Assembly (NCBI GenBank): GCA_048268245.1
Contig: JBLWVX010000010.1
Location: 1-64,000, forward strand
Direction: 5' to 3'
Length of the DNA stretch: 64,000 bases
Origin: Arcobacteraceae bacterium
GTDB lineage: Bacteria; Campylobacterota; Campylobacteria; Campylobacterales; Arcobacteraceae
Under the pieces are notes generated by a model. That model worked only from the letters and a program-made list of their open reading frames with translations. It was not told where the DNA came from and searched no databases. This document shows positions 1 to 9,814 of the stretch, piece after piece (position 1 is the stretch's first letter; each line of letters starts with the position of its first letter). The translations under genes were made by a program, and so were the position numbers.

Positions 1-182
1 TACAATAATTAACACATATAAGCTCTTAATATAAGAAAAAATAAAGCTTGAGAGTAAAAATGTTACTTTTTTCTATAGTTTTAAAAACTATATAGATAAT
101 TTAGAAAATTGCTATGTTTATACTACGCTTTTATTTTATAATAAATCAAAATTTGACAATAATTAATTATAGAGGTTACCAA

Positions 183-656
183 ATGAGTGAAGAAGTAAAA
201 AGAGAAAAATCTTTAACAATGACAATGTTAATGACTCCAGATAAAGCAAACTTTTCTGGGAAAAATGTACATGGTGGTGAAATTTTAAAAATGCTAGATC
301 ATGTTGCATATGCTTGTGCTGCAAGATATACAGGAATGTATGCAGTAACATTATCAGTTGATATGGTATTATTTAAAAATCCAATTAAAATAGGTTCTCT
401 TGTTACTTTCCATGCATCAGTAAACTACACAGGTAGAACATCAATGGAAATTGGTATTAAAGTAATTTCAGAAGATATTAAAGACCATACAATTAAAAAT
501 ACAAATGTATGTTACTTTACTATGATTTCAGTAGATGAAGCTGGTAAACCAACACCAGTACCAAAACTTGATTTACAAACTGAAGATGATAAAAGAAGAT
601 ATAACGATGCTATAAAAAGAAGAGAAATTAGAATGGACTCAAGACACGCTAAGTAG
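183..656 (+). CDS. Acyl-CoA thioesterase (hotdog fold, YciA-like)
   Basis: Motifs ANFSGKNVHGGEILKMLD, VTLSVD, VNYTGRTSMEIG. ATG 183 with AGAGG RBS preferred over 114. Confidence 0.9.
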   Translation: MSEEVKREKSLTMTMLMTPDKANFSGKNVHGGEILKMLDHVAYACAARYTGMYAVTLSVDMVLFKNPIKIGSLVTFHASVNYTGRTSMEIGIKVISEDIKDHTIKNTNVCYFTMISVDEAGKPTPVPKLDLQTEDDKRRYNDAIKRREIRMDSRHAK

Positions 657-676
657 TCTTGATTTTTCTAATAAAT

Positions 677-713
677 AAAAAAAGGGGATAGATTAAATCT
701 ATCCCCTTTTTTT
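677..713. terminator. Bidirectional intrinsic terminator
   Basis: AAAAAAAGGGGATAGATT-A-AATCTATCCCCTTTTTTT inverted repeat between convergent genes. Confidence 0.85.
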
Positions 714-737
714 ATGATATATAAGTATTAAAAGAGG

Positions 738-2333
738 CTATTTAGCCTCTTTTGATTCGATATACTCTTCATAAGTTCCTTTGAAGTCAACAATTGAACC
801 ATCTTCTTGAATTTCTATAATTCTATTTGCATAAGCATCTAATAATTCTCTATCGTGTGATACACAAATTACAGAACCTGGATACTCGTGTAATCCTTCA
901 CCTAAAGCAATAATTGCTTCTAAGTCTAAGTGGTTTGTTGGTTCATCTAAAACCATAAAGTTTGGTTGCTCTAACATAATCTTAGATAACCACATTCTAT
1001 GTTTTTCCCCACCTGAACAAGCTTCTACTTTCTTTTCTTGCTCTTGTCCGTTGAATAACATTCTTCCTAAACAGTTTCTAATTTCATTAATATCTGCATC
1101 TCTATCAAATGATCTTAACCAATCATAAAGTGTAATATCTCCTGAAATTAAATCTGTAGCATTTTGAGGGAAGTAACCATTTTGAATAGTAGCACCCCAG
1201 TGTACTTCACCATTATCAGCTTCAATATTTTGAACAATAATTTCACATAAAGTAGTTTTACCAATACCATTTGGTCCGATTAATGCAATCTTATCACCCT
1301 TCTCTACTGTAAATGAAATATCATTTAATACAGTTTCTCCATCATAAGACTTAGAAACATTTTTAACCATTAGTAATTCTTTACCAACTTCTCTTTTTTG
1401 TCTAAAGATAATTGAAGGGTCTCTTCTTGAAGAAATTTCAATAGCACCCATTTCTAATTTATCAAGTTGTTTTTGTCTTGAAGTAGCTTGTTTTGCTTTT
1501 GAAGCATTTGCAGAGAATCTAGCAATAAACTTTTCTAACTCTTCTTTCTCTTTTTGTTTTTTATTCATATCTGTTTGAGCTTGTTTAGCTAAAACTGTTG
1601 AAGCTATATACCAATCATCATAGTTTCCAGTGAACTCTCTAATCTTTTTAAAGTCAACATCTAAAATATGTGTACAAACTGCATTTAAGAAGTGTCTATC
1701 GTGAGAGATAACTACCATTGTACCATCATGGTGTTGTAACTGGTTTTCTAACCATCCAATAGTTTCAATATCAAGGTTATTTGTAGGCTCATCCAAGAAT
1801 AAAACATCAGGTTTTGGATATAAAACTTGTGCTAATAAAACCTTAAACTTGTCACCACCTGTCAATGTAGACATTAAGTCAGTATGTTGAGATGCGGGGA
1901 ATCCTAAATCTTCTAATATTTTTGTAATTTTAACATCATACTCATATGTTGGGTCTTCTTCAACACAAACAATCTCTAATTCAGCTAATCTGTTGTTTAC
2001 TTCATCAGTAAACTCAGGACTCATATATAATTCTTCTTTTTCTTTGATAGCATCATATAATCTTTTATTACCTAATAATACTGTGTCAAATAAAGAGTAC
2101 TCTTCGTATGCAAATTGGTTTTGCTCTAACGTTCCAACTTTTTTACCATTTTGAACTTGCACTTCACCTTCAGTTGCATCTTCAATACCTGATAAAATTT
2201 TAAGGAATGTAGTTTTACCAGCACCATTAGCACCAATAAGACCATATCTTTTCCCTGTATCTAGTTTAAGATTAATATCTTGAAATAGCACTCTTGCGCC
2301 GAATGCTTTTTTTAAATTTACTACTTGTACCAT
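738..2333 (-). CDS. ABC-F family ATPase (YbiT-like)
   Basis: Two ABC domains (GANGAGKT, GPNGIGKT; LDEPTNNLD, LDEPTNHLD), no TM segments, linker FIARFSANASKAKQATSR. Confidence 0.92.
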   Translation of the reverse strand: MVQVVNLKKAFGARVLFQDINLKLDTGKRYGLIGANGAGKTTFLKILSGIEDATEGEVQVQNGKKVGTLEQNQFAYEEYSLFDTVLLGNKRLYDAIKEKEELYMSPEFTDEVNNRLAELEIVCVEEDPTYEYDVKITKILEDLGFPASQHTDLMSTLTGGDKFKVLLAQVLYPKPDVLFLDEPTNNLDIETIGWLENQLQHHDGTMVVISHDRHFLNAVCTHILDVDFKKIREFTGNYDDWYIASTVLAKQAQTDMNKKQKEKEELEKFIARFSANASKAKQATSRQKQLDKLEMGAIEISSRRDPSIIFRQKREVGKELLMVKNVSKSYDGETVLNDISFTVEKGDKIALIGPNGIGKTTLCEIIVQNIEADNGEVHWGATIQNGYFPQNATDLISGDITLYDWLRSFDRDADINEIRNCLGRMLFNGQEQEKKVEACSGGEKHRMWLSKIMLEQPNFMVLDEPTNHLDLEAIIALGEGLHEYPGSVICVSHDRELLDAYANRIIEIQEDGSIVDFKGTYEEYIESKEAK

Positions 2334-2531
2334 AAAAAAATAACTCCAAATCTGTAATATGTTGCGATTATATCCAATTAAAGCTGATGTATAATTTATA
2401 CTAAAAAATTTATTATTTTTATATATAAATAACTTTAAAAGTAATATTCATAAACTCTTAATACCAATCAAATAGTTTATTATTTAACTTTCGTTATAAT
2501 TATTATAATAACATAATAAAGAGTTACATTA

Positions 2532-5500
2532 ATGAAAAACATTTCTATCAAACTTAAACTAATAATCCTTATTGGTTTATCACTTCTTATTTTAGCATCA
2601 ACACTAGGTTTTGTCTCAATAAAACAAATGAAAGAGACTTTAATAGAATCAAAATATTCCCAGTTAACCGCAGCTAGAGACTCAAAGATAAAACAGCTTG
2701 AGGATATATTTAAGCTTTATAAAAAACAAATTTATCTACTGACTAATACTAACTTTTCAAGAGGATTAACAGAAGAGTTTTTATCAGTTCATGAAGAAAT
2801 AGGTATAGATCCATATAATAGGTTTCCAATAGATAATAAAAAAGTGAAAGATATACTACCAAAATGGGATGCTTTTTATAAAAGTTATACTGATACTTAT
2901 CCTTTTGATGATGTATATATAATTTCTGCTAATACAGGTCATGTAATGTATACATACCAAAAATGGAATGATTATGGTACAAACTTAGCAAATGGTGAGT
3001 TTAGAAAAAGTGGGCTTGCAAAAATCTGGAAAAAAGTTAAAAAGTATAAAAGAGTAGTTTTTTATGATATGAGTGCTTATGAAGCAAGAAATGGTGAGCC
3101 AAGTATGTTTATTGGTGCGCCTGTATATATTAATAAAGAATTTAAGTCCGTTTTAGTTTATAAAATAGATAATGGTGGAATTCAAGATATTATGAAGTAT
3201 AGAAGTGGATATGTAAATTCACATGATGACTATTTAGTAGGAGAAGATCACTTAATGAGAAGTGATAGCTTCTTATCACCTAATACACACTCTTTAGTAA
3301 ACTCATTAAAATATCCTCAAAATGGTAAAGTAAATACTACAGCAGCAACCGAAGCTTTAAGAGGCAATACGGGAACAAAAGTTATCACTGATTATTTAGG
3401 AAATAAAGTTTTATCTTCTTATACAAACTTTGATATTGATGAAGAGCTAAGATGGGCAGTAATTTCAGAAATTAATTTAGAAGATGTATTAAAAAAACCA
3501 AATGAATTAAGAGATACAATGATTATAATTTCACTTGTATCTTTCTTGGTAATAATGATTTTATTATATTTAGTTATTCAAAAATATATTATCAATTCTT
3601 TAAGTAATTTTCAAGATGGCCTATTAAACTTTTTTGAGTTCTTAAATCAAGAAACACATGAAGTAAAACTTCTAAATAATGATACAAATGATGAAATTGG
3701 TATTATGAGTAAGGCTGTAAATAAAGGTATTGTTAAAACAAGGGAAAATATAGAAAAAAGTGATATTGAAGATTGGATTAAAGATGGTCATACTCAATTA
3801 AATCAAATACTAATGAATTTAAAATCAGTAAATGATGTTAGTAATGAGTCTATAAAATTTATAAGTAATTATATAAATGCTGGTGTTGGTGTATTTTACT
3901 TTTATAAAGAAGATACACAAAAACTTCAACAGTACGCAAGTTATGCTCATATAGTAAGAGATGAACTATCAACTTCATTTGCTCTAAAAGAAGGTGTTGT
4001 TGGTCAAGTTGCCTTCCAAAAAGAACCAATCTTACTTAAAAATATTAAAAAAGATGAAAATCTAATAACAACAGGAACTATAACTCAAGCTTCGTATAAT
4101 ACTTATACATTCCCATTAATTTACAATGATGAACTATTTGGGGTTATTGAACTTGGTTCATTTAATGAATTTAACAAGCAAACATTAGAGTTTTTATCTA
4201 GTATTACAAAAGCTATTTGTATTTCTTTATCTACATCTATTCAATCTAGTAAGGTTCAAAAACTACTAGAAAATACAAAAATTGCAAATGATAGATTAGA
4301 AAAACAACAACTAGAACTTCAAGAAGCTAATGCACAAATGGAAGAACAACAAGTTCAACTAGAAGAAGCAAATGCAAACATGGAAGAACAACAGCAGCAA
4401 TTAGAAGAAGCTAATGCTAATATGGAAGAACAACAGCAACAACTAAAAATCTCAGAACAAAACCTGAAACTTCAAAATCAGCAATTAGAAGAAACAAAAA
4501 AAGAAATAGAAAATAAAGCTGATGAATTAGCAAGGTCAGGTAAATATAAATCTGAATTCTTAGCTAATATGAGTCATGAGTTAAGAACTCCTTTAAATTC
4601 TATTATTTTACTTTCATCACTATTACAAAAAAATAGTAAGAAATCTCTAACTAATGATGATATCAAAAAAGCTAAAACTATTTTTGATTCAGGGAATGAT
4701 CTATTAAGACTTATTAATGATATATTAGATTTATCAAAAGTAGAGTCAGGAAAAATGGAAGTAATTGTAGATAACTTCTCTAGTAGTGATTTATTATCAC
4801 ATTTAAAAGATACTTTTGATTTTACTGCAAAAGATAAAGGTTTAGATTTTAATATTATTGATGAGTATAAAAATACTATACACAATGATAAAGATAGAAT
4901 CTTACAAATTTTAAGAAACCTAATTTCAAATGCCTTTAAATTTACAAAAGAAGGTTCTATTACTGTTAAAATTGAGCCATCATTAGACCTTTCACAAGAG
5001 TTTAAAATTAGCGTAATAGATACAGGTATTGGTATTCCTCATAATAAACAAGAAGATATATTTAAAGCCTTTACACAAGCTGATGGGGGAACAAGTAGAC
5101 AATATGGTGGTACAGGACTTGGATTATCTATTTCAAGAGAGTTGGCAAAACTTCTAGGAGGATATATTTCATTAGAATCAAAAGAAGGTAAAGGAAGTAA
5201 TTTTAGTATTGACTTACCTAATTTAGAGAGTGTAAATAATGATAAGTCTGTATTTGAAGATGAAGGAAGTTTTAAACTTCAAAGCAATGACATAGTAGAG
5301 AAAGATTTAAATACTAACTCTAAAATACCTAATGATGATAGAAATATAATTAGTTCAAGTGATGAAGCATACTTAATAATAGACGATGATGAAGCTTTTG
5401 CTGATATCGTTTATGAAGAGATTAAAAAAGACAATAACTTTGTACTAGTTGCATATGATGGAACTAGTGGTTTAGACCTAGTTAGAAATTATAATATAAA

Positions 5501-6515
5501 GGGTGTTTTACTTGATTTAACACTTCCTGATATGGATGGTATTGATGTATTAAAACAACTAAAATCACAAGCACATACAAAAAATATCCCTGTACACATC
5601 ATATCTTCAAAAGATAAAAATAAAGAGACTTTAGAACTTGGTGCAATAGGATACTTACAAAAACCTGTATATGATGGTGATATTAACAATATCATTTCCT
5701 CAATTGACTCTTTCCAAGAGAAAAAAATTAAAGATTTACTTATAGTTGAAGACGATGAAGTACAAAGAGAAGCCTTGATTGAACTTGTTGGTGAAGGTGT
5801 TAATATAAAAGGTGTAAAAACAGCCTCACAAGCTATTGATGAAGTAAAAAAAGAGCTTTATGATACAGTTGTTGTTGATTTAGGACTTATTGATGGAAGT
5901 GGTTATGAGGTATGTGAGTTTATTAAAAACAATCACCCTAATCTTCCAATTATTATTTATACTGGAAAAGATATTTCAAATGAAGACAAAATAAAGCTTC
6001 AGGAGTACAGTAATAGTATTATTATAAAAACAGCCCACTCAAATGAAAGAATCTTAAATGAAATCAACCTATTCTTACATAGAGAAGAAGAACTAAAAGA
6101 TGTAAACAATGAAATTTTTGATGCAATAGATTTAAAAGATACAAATATATTAATCGTAGATGATGATATAAAAAATATTTTTGTTTTAGATGCAGCATTA
6201 AAAGAGTTTGAAGCTAATACTTTTACAGCATTTAATGGTCAAGAAGCTATTGACTTTTTAAAGCAAAACAGTCAGATTGATTTAATTTTAATGGATATTA
6301 TGATGCCAGTGATGAATGGATATGAAGCTATGGAAAAAATTAGAGAAGATGCTAGCTTAAAACATATTCCAATTATTGCAGTAACTGCAAAAGCAATGAA
6401 AGAAGACAGAGAAAAATGTATTAGTCTTGGTGCTGATGATTATATGTCTAAACCTATTGATTTAAACATCTTAGGAAATCTTATAAAAGTTTGGAGTACT
6501 AAGAAACATAAATGA
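2532..6515 (+). CDS. Hybrid sensor histidine kinase (TM-Cache-like-TM-HAMP-GAF-coiled coil-HisKA-HATPase-3xREC)
   Basis: FLANMSHELRTPLN H-box, NLISNAFKFT, DTGIGI, GGTGLGL, three receiver domains. Confidence 0.92.
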   Translation: MKNISIKLKLIILIGLSLLILASTLGFVSIKQMKETLIESKYSQLTAARDSKIKQLEDIFKLYKKQIYLLTNTNFSRGLTEEFLSVHEEIGIDPYNRFPIDNKKVKDILPKWDAFYKSYTDTYPFDDVYIISANTGHVMYTYQKWNDYGTNLANGEFRKSGLAKIWKKVKKYKRVVFYDMSAYEARNGEPSMFIGAPVYINKEFKSVLVYKIDNGGIQDIMKYRSGYVNSHDDYLVGEDHLMRSDSFLSPNTHSLVNSLKYPQNGKVNTTAATEALRGNTGTKVITDYLGNKVLSSYTNFDIDEELRWAVISEINLEDVLKKPNELRDTMIIISLVSFLVIMILLYLVIQKYIINSLSNFQDGLLNFFEFLNQETHEVKLLNNDTNDEIGIMSKAVNKGIVKTRENIEKSDIEDWIKDGHTQLNQILMNLKSVNDVSNESIKFISNYINAGVGVFYFYKEDTQKLQQYASYAHIVRDELSTSFALKEGVVGQVAFQKEPILLKNIKKDENLITTGTITQASYNTYTFPLIYNDELFGVIELGSFNEFNKQTLEFLSSITKAICISLSTSIQSSKVQKLLENTKIANDRLEKQQLELQEANAQMEEQQVQLEEANANMEEQQQQLEEANANMEEQQQQLKISEQNLKLQNQQLEETKKEIENKADELARSGKYKSEFLANMSHELRTPLNSIILLSSLLQKNSKKSLTNDDIKKAKTIFDSGNDLLRLINDILDLSKVESGKMEVIVDNFSSSDLLSHLKDTFDFTAKDKGLDFNIIDEYKNTIHNDKDRILQILRNLISNAFKFTKEGSITVKIEPSLDLSQEFKISVIDTGIGIPHNKQEDIFKAFTQADGGTSRQYGGTGLGLSISRELAKLLGGYISLESKEGKGSNFSIDLPNLESVNNDKSVFEDEGSFKLQSNDIVEKDLNTNSKIPNDDRNIISSSDEAYLIIDDDEAFADIVYEEIKKDNNFVLVAYDGTSGLDLVRNYNIKGVLLDLTLPDMDGIDVLKQLKSQAHTKNIPVHIISSKDKNKETLELGAIGYLQKPVYDGDINNIISSIDSFQEKKIKDLLIVEDDEVQREALIELVGEGVNIKGVKTASQAIDEVKKELYDTVVVDLGLIDGSGYEVCEFIKNNHPNLPIIIYTGKDISNEDKIKLQEYSNSIIIKTAHSNERILNEINLFLHREEELKDVNNEIFDAIDLKDTNILIVDDDIKNIFVLDAALKEFEANTFTAFNGQEAIDFLKQNSQIDLILMDIMMPVMNGYEAMEKIREDASLKHIPIIAVTAKAMKEDREKCISLGADDYMSKPIDLNILGNLIKVWSTKKHK
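4317..4442 (+). repeat. Three tandem 42-nt (14-aa) repeats in the kinase coiled coil
   Basis: LQEANAQMEEQQVQ / LEEANANMEEQQQQ / LEEANANMEEQQQQ. Confidence 0.85.
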
Positions 6516-8164
6516 ATATAGTTGCACAGAAACATGAGAATATTTTAAAAATAATAGTTCAAAAAATACGAAAAGAGGATATTAAAACTCTTGTAAAACA
6601 TTTCGATAGTGATATTGAAAAAATAGAACTTAGTTTTTTAAATATTCAAATGATACCAAAAGAGTTGATAATTGAATTAAAAAAAAGAGTTAACAAAATT
6701 GATATTTTTACAAATGAAACAACTTTAAAAACCTATTTAATGAACCTAGGTTTTACATTAAAATATAAAGACATATATAATGACAAACCAAAAACATTAA
6801 ATTTACAATATATTGCAATTGGAGGGAGTGCAGGAAGTTTAGCTAAATTTATAGAAATTCTAAAAGCTTTACCAAAATCACAAGTTTCAATTTTTATTAT
6901 TATGCATCAAAAGCCTGATAAAGAAACATCTCTTAGTGATATATTACAAAGATATACAAATAATTATAATGTAGTAGAAGCAAAATCTAATATGGGAGTT
7001 GAACCAAATACGATCTATTGTGCACCAGCAGGTAAACATATGATTGTAGCAGGTAATTTCATTTTCTTAACACAAGAAGAGAAAAGAAACTTTTCAAGAC
7101 CATCTATAAGTACAAGTTTTGAGTCATTATCAAATGAATACAAAAATACCCTACTTGCTATTCTAGTTTGTGGATATGGTGCAGATGGAAGTGATAGTTT
7201 AGAATGTTTAAGTAAAAATGGCTCAACTGTTTTAATAGAAGACCCAAAAGAGTGTGAAGCAAAAGCTATGCTTGAAAATGCTATTGCTACTAAACTTTAC
7301 AATGAAGTTTTAAATTTAGAACAATTGATTGATTATATTAAGTTTAATTTAGACGATAATTTCTTTGATAAAAATGACATTAAAATATTTCTAAAAAAAG
7401 TGTATGAAAAATATGGCTATGACTATAGTGGATACAACGAAAATCATATAAAAAGGAGAATACATCTTTTCTATTCAAACCTAAAACCTAAAGACTTTAA
7501 GGAGTTTGAAGAAATAGTTTTAGATAATAAAAGTGTATTTAAGGACTTATTTTTAAATATTTCTGTTAATATAACTACTTTTTATAGAAACCCCAAAGTA
7601 TTCAAACTATTAAAAGAAGATATTCTTCCAAAATTAGATAGTTTTTTAGATATAAGAATTTGGTGTGCTGGATGTAGTAGTGGTGAAGAGCCCTACTCTA
7701 TTGCCATTTTTTTAAAAGAGTTAGGCTTACTTGATAGAAGTTTGATTTATGCAACAGATTTAAATGATGTGATTTTAGAAAATGCTAAAAATGGTTTATA
7801 TTCAAAAGAGAGTTATAACAGGTTTTTAAAGAATTATTATCAAGCAGGTGGTAATCAAAGTTTTAGTAAATACTTTATAAACCATGGAGATTTTGTTGAA
7901 ATAGATGAAAATATAAAGGACAAAATTTTGTTTTTTAAACATAATTTAGCCCTTGATTCTAAACTTAATGAGTTTCAATTAATATTTTGTAGAAATGTAT
8001 TAATCTATTTTGATAAAGATTTAAAAAACAGAATTTTTGATTTATTTAAAGAATCACTTGACTCTTATGGCTTTTTAGTTTTAGGTGAGAGTGAATCTTT
8101 AAACAATAATTTAAACTATATAACAATTGATGAAAAAAATAAAATATATAAGAGGAAAATATGA
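6512..8164 (+). CDS. CheB methylesterase-CheR methyltransferase fusion with short N-terminal (STAS-like) domain
   Basis: CheB motifs GGSAGS, IMHQ, RPSI, GYGADGS; CheR motifs NITTFYRNP, IWCAGCSSGEEPYSIA, IFCRNVLIYF, LGESE. Confidence 0.9.
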   Translation: MNIVAQKHENILKIIVQKIRKEDIKTLVKHFDSDIEKIELSFLNIQMIPKELIIELKKRVNKIDIFTNETTLKTYLMNLGFTLKYKDIYNDKPKTLNLQYIAIGGSAGSLAKFIEILKALPKSQVSIFIIMHQKPDKETSLSDILQRYTNNYNVVEAKSNMGVEPNTIYCAPAGKHMIVAGNFIFLTQEEKRNFSRPSISTSFESLSNEYKNTLLAILVCGYGADGSDSLECLSKNGSTVLIEDPKECEAKAMLENAIATKLYNEVLNLEQLIDYIKFNLDDNFFDKNDIKIFLKKVYEKYGYDYSGYNENHIKRRIHLFYSNLKPKDFKEFEEIVLDNKSVFKDLFLNISVNITTFYRNPKVFKLLKEDILPKLDSFLDIRIWCAGCSSGEEPYSIAIFLKELGLLDRSLIYATDLNDVILENAKNGLYSKESYNRFLKNYYQAGGNQSFSKYFINHGDFVEIDENIKDKILFFKHNLALDSKLNEFQLIFCRNVLIYFDKDLKNRIFDLFKESLDSYGFLVLGESESLNNNLNYITIDEKNKIYKRKI

Positions 8165-9360
8165 AAGAAGATATAACAGTATTAGTAGTTGATGATGTAG
8201 AAGCAAATAGAGTATCCTTACAATATTTAATAGATGAATATTTAGAAAATATCAACCTATTATTAGCTCCAAGTGGAGAAGATGCTCTAAAAATCACATA
8301 TAAGACTAATGTTGACATTATTATTTTAGACATTCAAATGCCAGGACTTGATGGTTTTGATACAGCAAAATACCTAAAATCAAATCCTAAAACACAAAAC
8401 ATTCCTATTATATTTTTAACAGCAGCATTCAAAGAAGAAGAGTTTAAACAAAAGGGTTTTGAAATTGGTGCTATTGACTACCTTACAAAGCCTATTGATA
8501 ATCATCAGTTTATCAATAAACTTAAACTTTATATAGAAGTAATTGTGAAAAACAAACAATTACAAGCAGTAAATGATGATTTATATCAAGCTTTACAAAA
8601 AGAGATTGAATTAAAAGAAAGAATTGAAAAACAACAATTGGAATTAATAGAACAAAGTAAAATGGCTGCATTAGGTGAAATGATTGGAAATATTGCTCAT
8701 CAATGGAGACAGCCTTTATCTGTTATATCAACTTGTGCTTCTGGAATGCATTTAAATATTGATTTAGGTCTTATGAAAAAAGAAGATATGGAAAAAAATA
8801 TTGATATGATAATAAAAACTACAAATGACTTATCAAATACTATAGAGTCTTTTAGAGACTATACAAACAAAGAAAAACTTATGAGTTTTAATTTAAGTGA
8901 AACAATAAAAAAATGTATTGAATGTGAAGACTACATCTTATCAAAAAATGAAATTGATGTAATTATGAATTTAGATGATGATATTATTTTAGAAAATTTG
9001 CCAAATAGCTTATTTCAGGCTATTGTAAATATAGTGAGAAATGCAAATGATGCCTTAGGAAAATTAGATACTCATAAGTACATATTTATTGAAACTAAAA
9101 AACTTGAAAATAATAGAGTTGAAATACTTATCAAAGATAATGCAGGTGGTATTAAAACAGAGTTTATAAATAAAGTTTTTGAACCTTATTTTACAACTAA
9201 ACATAAATCACATGGAGTTGGTCTTGGTTTAAATATTGTATATAAAATCATTCATGACTCTATGTGTGGAAAAGTAAAAGTAAAAAATAGCAGATATAAT
9301 TACAATGATGAAAAGTTTGAAGGAGCTGTTTTCACGATAGAATTACCAACATCTATATAA
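8161..9360 (+). CDS. REC-histidine kinase hybrid
   Basis: N-terminal receiver (VVDD, LDIQMP); EMIGNIAHQWRQPL H-box, DNAGGI, FEPYFTTK, GVGLGL. Confidence 0.9.
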   Translation: MKEDITVLVVDDVEANRVSLQYLIDEYLENINLLLAPSGEDALKITYKTNVDIIILDIQMPGLDGFDTAKYLKSNPKTQNIPIIFLTAAFKEEEFKQKGFEIGAIDYLTKPIDNHQFINKLKLYIEVIVKNKQLQAVNDDLYQALQKEIELKERIEKQQLELIEQSKMAALGEMIGNIAHQWRQPLSVISTCASGMHLNIDLGLMKKEDMEKNIDMIIKTTNDLSNTIESFRDYTNKEKLMSFNLSETIKKCIECEDYILSKNEIDVIMNLDDDIILENLPNSLFQAIVNIVRNANDALGKLDTHKYIFIETKKLENNRVEILIKDNAGGIKTEFINKVFEPYFTTKHKSHGVGLGLNIVYKIIHDSMCGKVKVKNSRYNYNDEKFEGAVFTIELPTSI

Positions 9361-9459
9361 AAATTTTCTTTTAATATATGATATTATTTTGATACTATTA
9401 ATATTAAAAATACAACAAATATCAATAAAATTAAAAAAGTTGAAGAGAAGTTTCTAAGT

Positions 9460-9812
9460 CATGAAAAAATCATTAAAGTGATGCACTTAAAGATAAAGTA
9501 GATATAAAATTTATAATAAATATGAAACTCTAATTAGAGTTAAAATAGATGATAAGATAGTATATTTTGGAGAGTTTTTAGATACAGTAAAAGAAATAAA
9601 AAAGTAAAAAAGCTTACTATGATAGTAATTGATAAAGTTTTGAGTATTTCAAAGATAAAACAAATATACAGTTTTCTATAAATTTAAATATTCAAACAAT
9701 TGCTGAGTATGTAGAAAACGAAAATCTTTTTAATTATGTTAAAACAATGGGAATTGATTACTCTCAAGAATACTATATAGGTAAATCAGAAGATGAAATC
9801 AAGATTACATAA
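9460..9812 (+). pseudogene. Decayed EAL-domain (c-di-GMP phosphodiesterase) remnant
   Basis: Fragments KYETLIRVKIDDKIVYFGEFLD (from 9518) and IQTIAEYVENENLFNYVKTMGIDYSQEYYIGK (within 9681-9812), separated by stops and deletions. 5' boundary approximate. Confidence 0.7.
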
Positions 9813-9814
9813 AC

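Noticed and set aside
114..182. N-terminal extension of the thioesterase
   Set aside because: AT-rich promoter-like sequence; the RBS supports ATG 183.
4317..4442. CRISPR-like repeat array
   Set aside because: In-frame coding repeats with synonymous variation and no spacers; no cas genes seen in the window.
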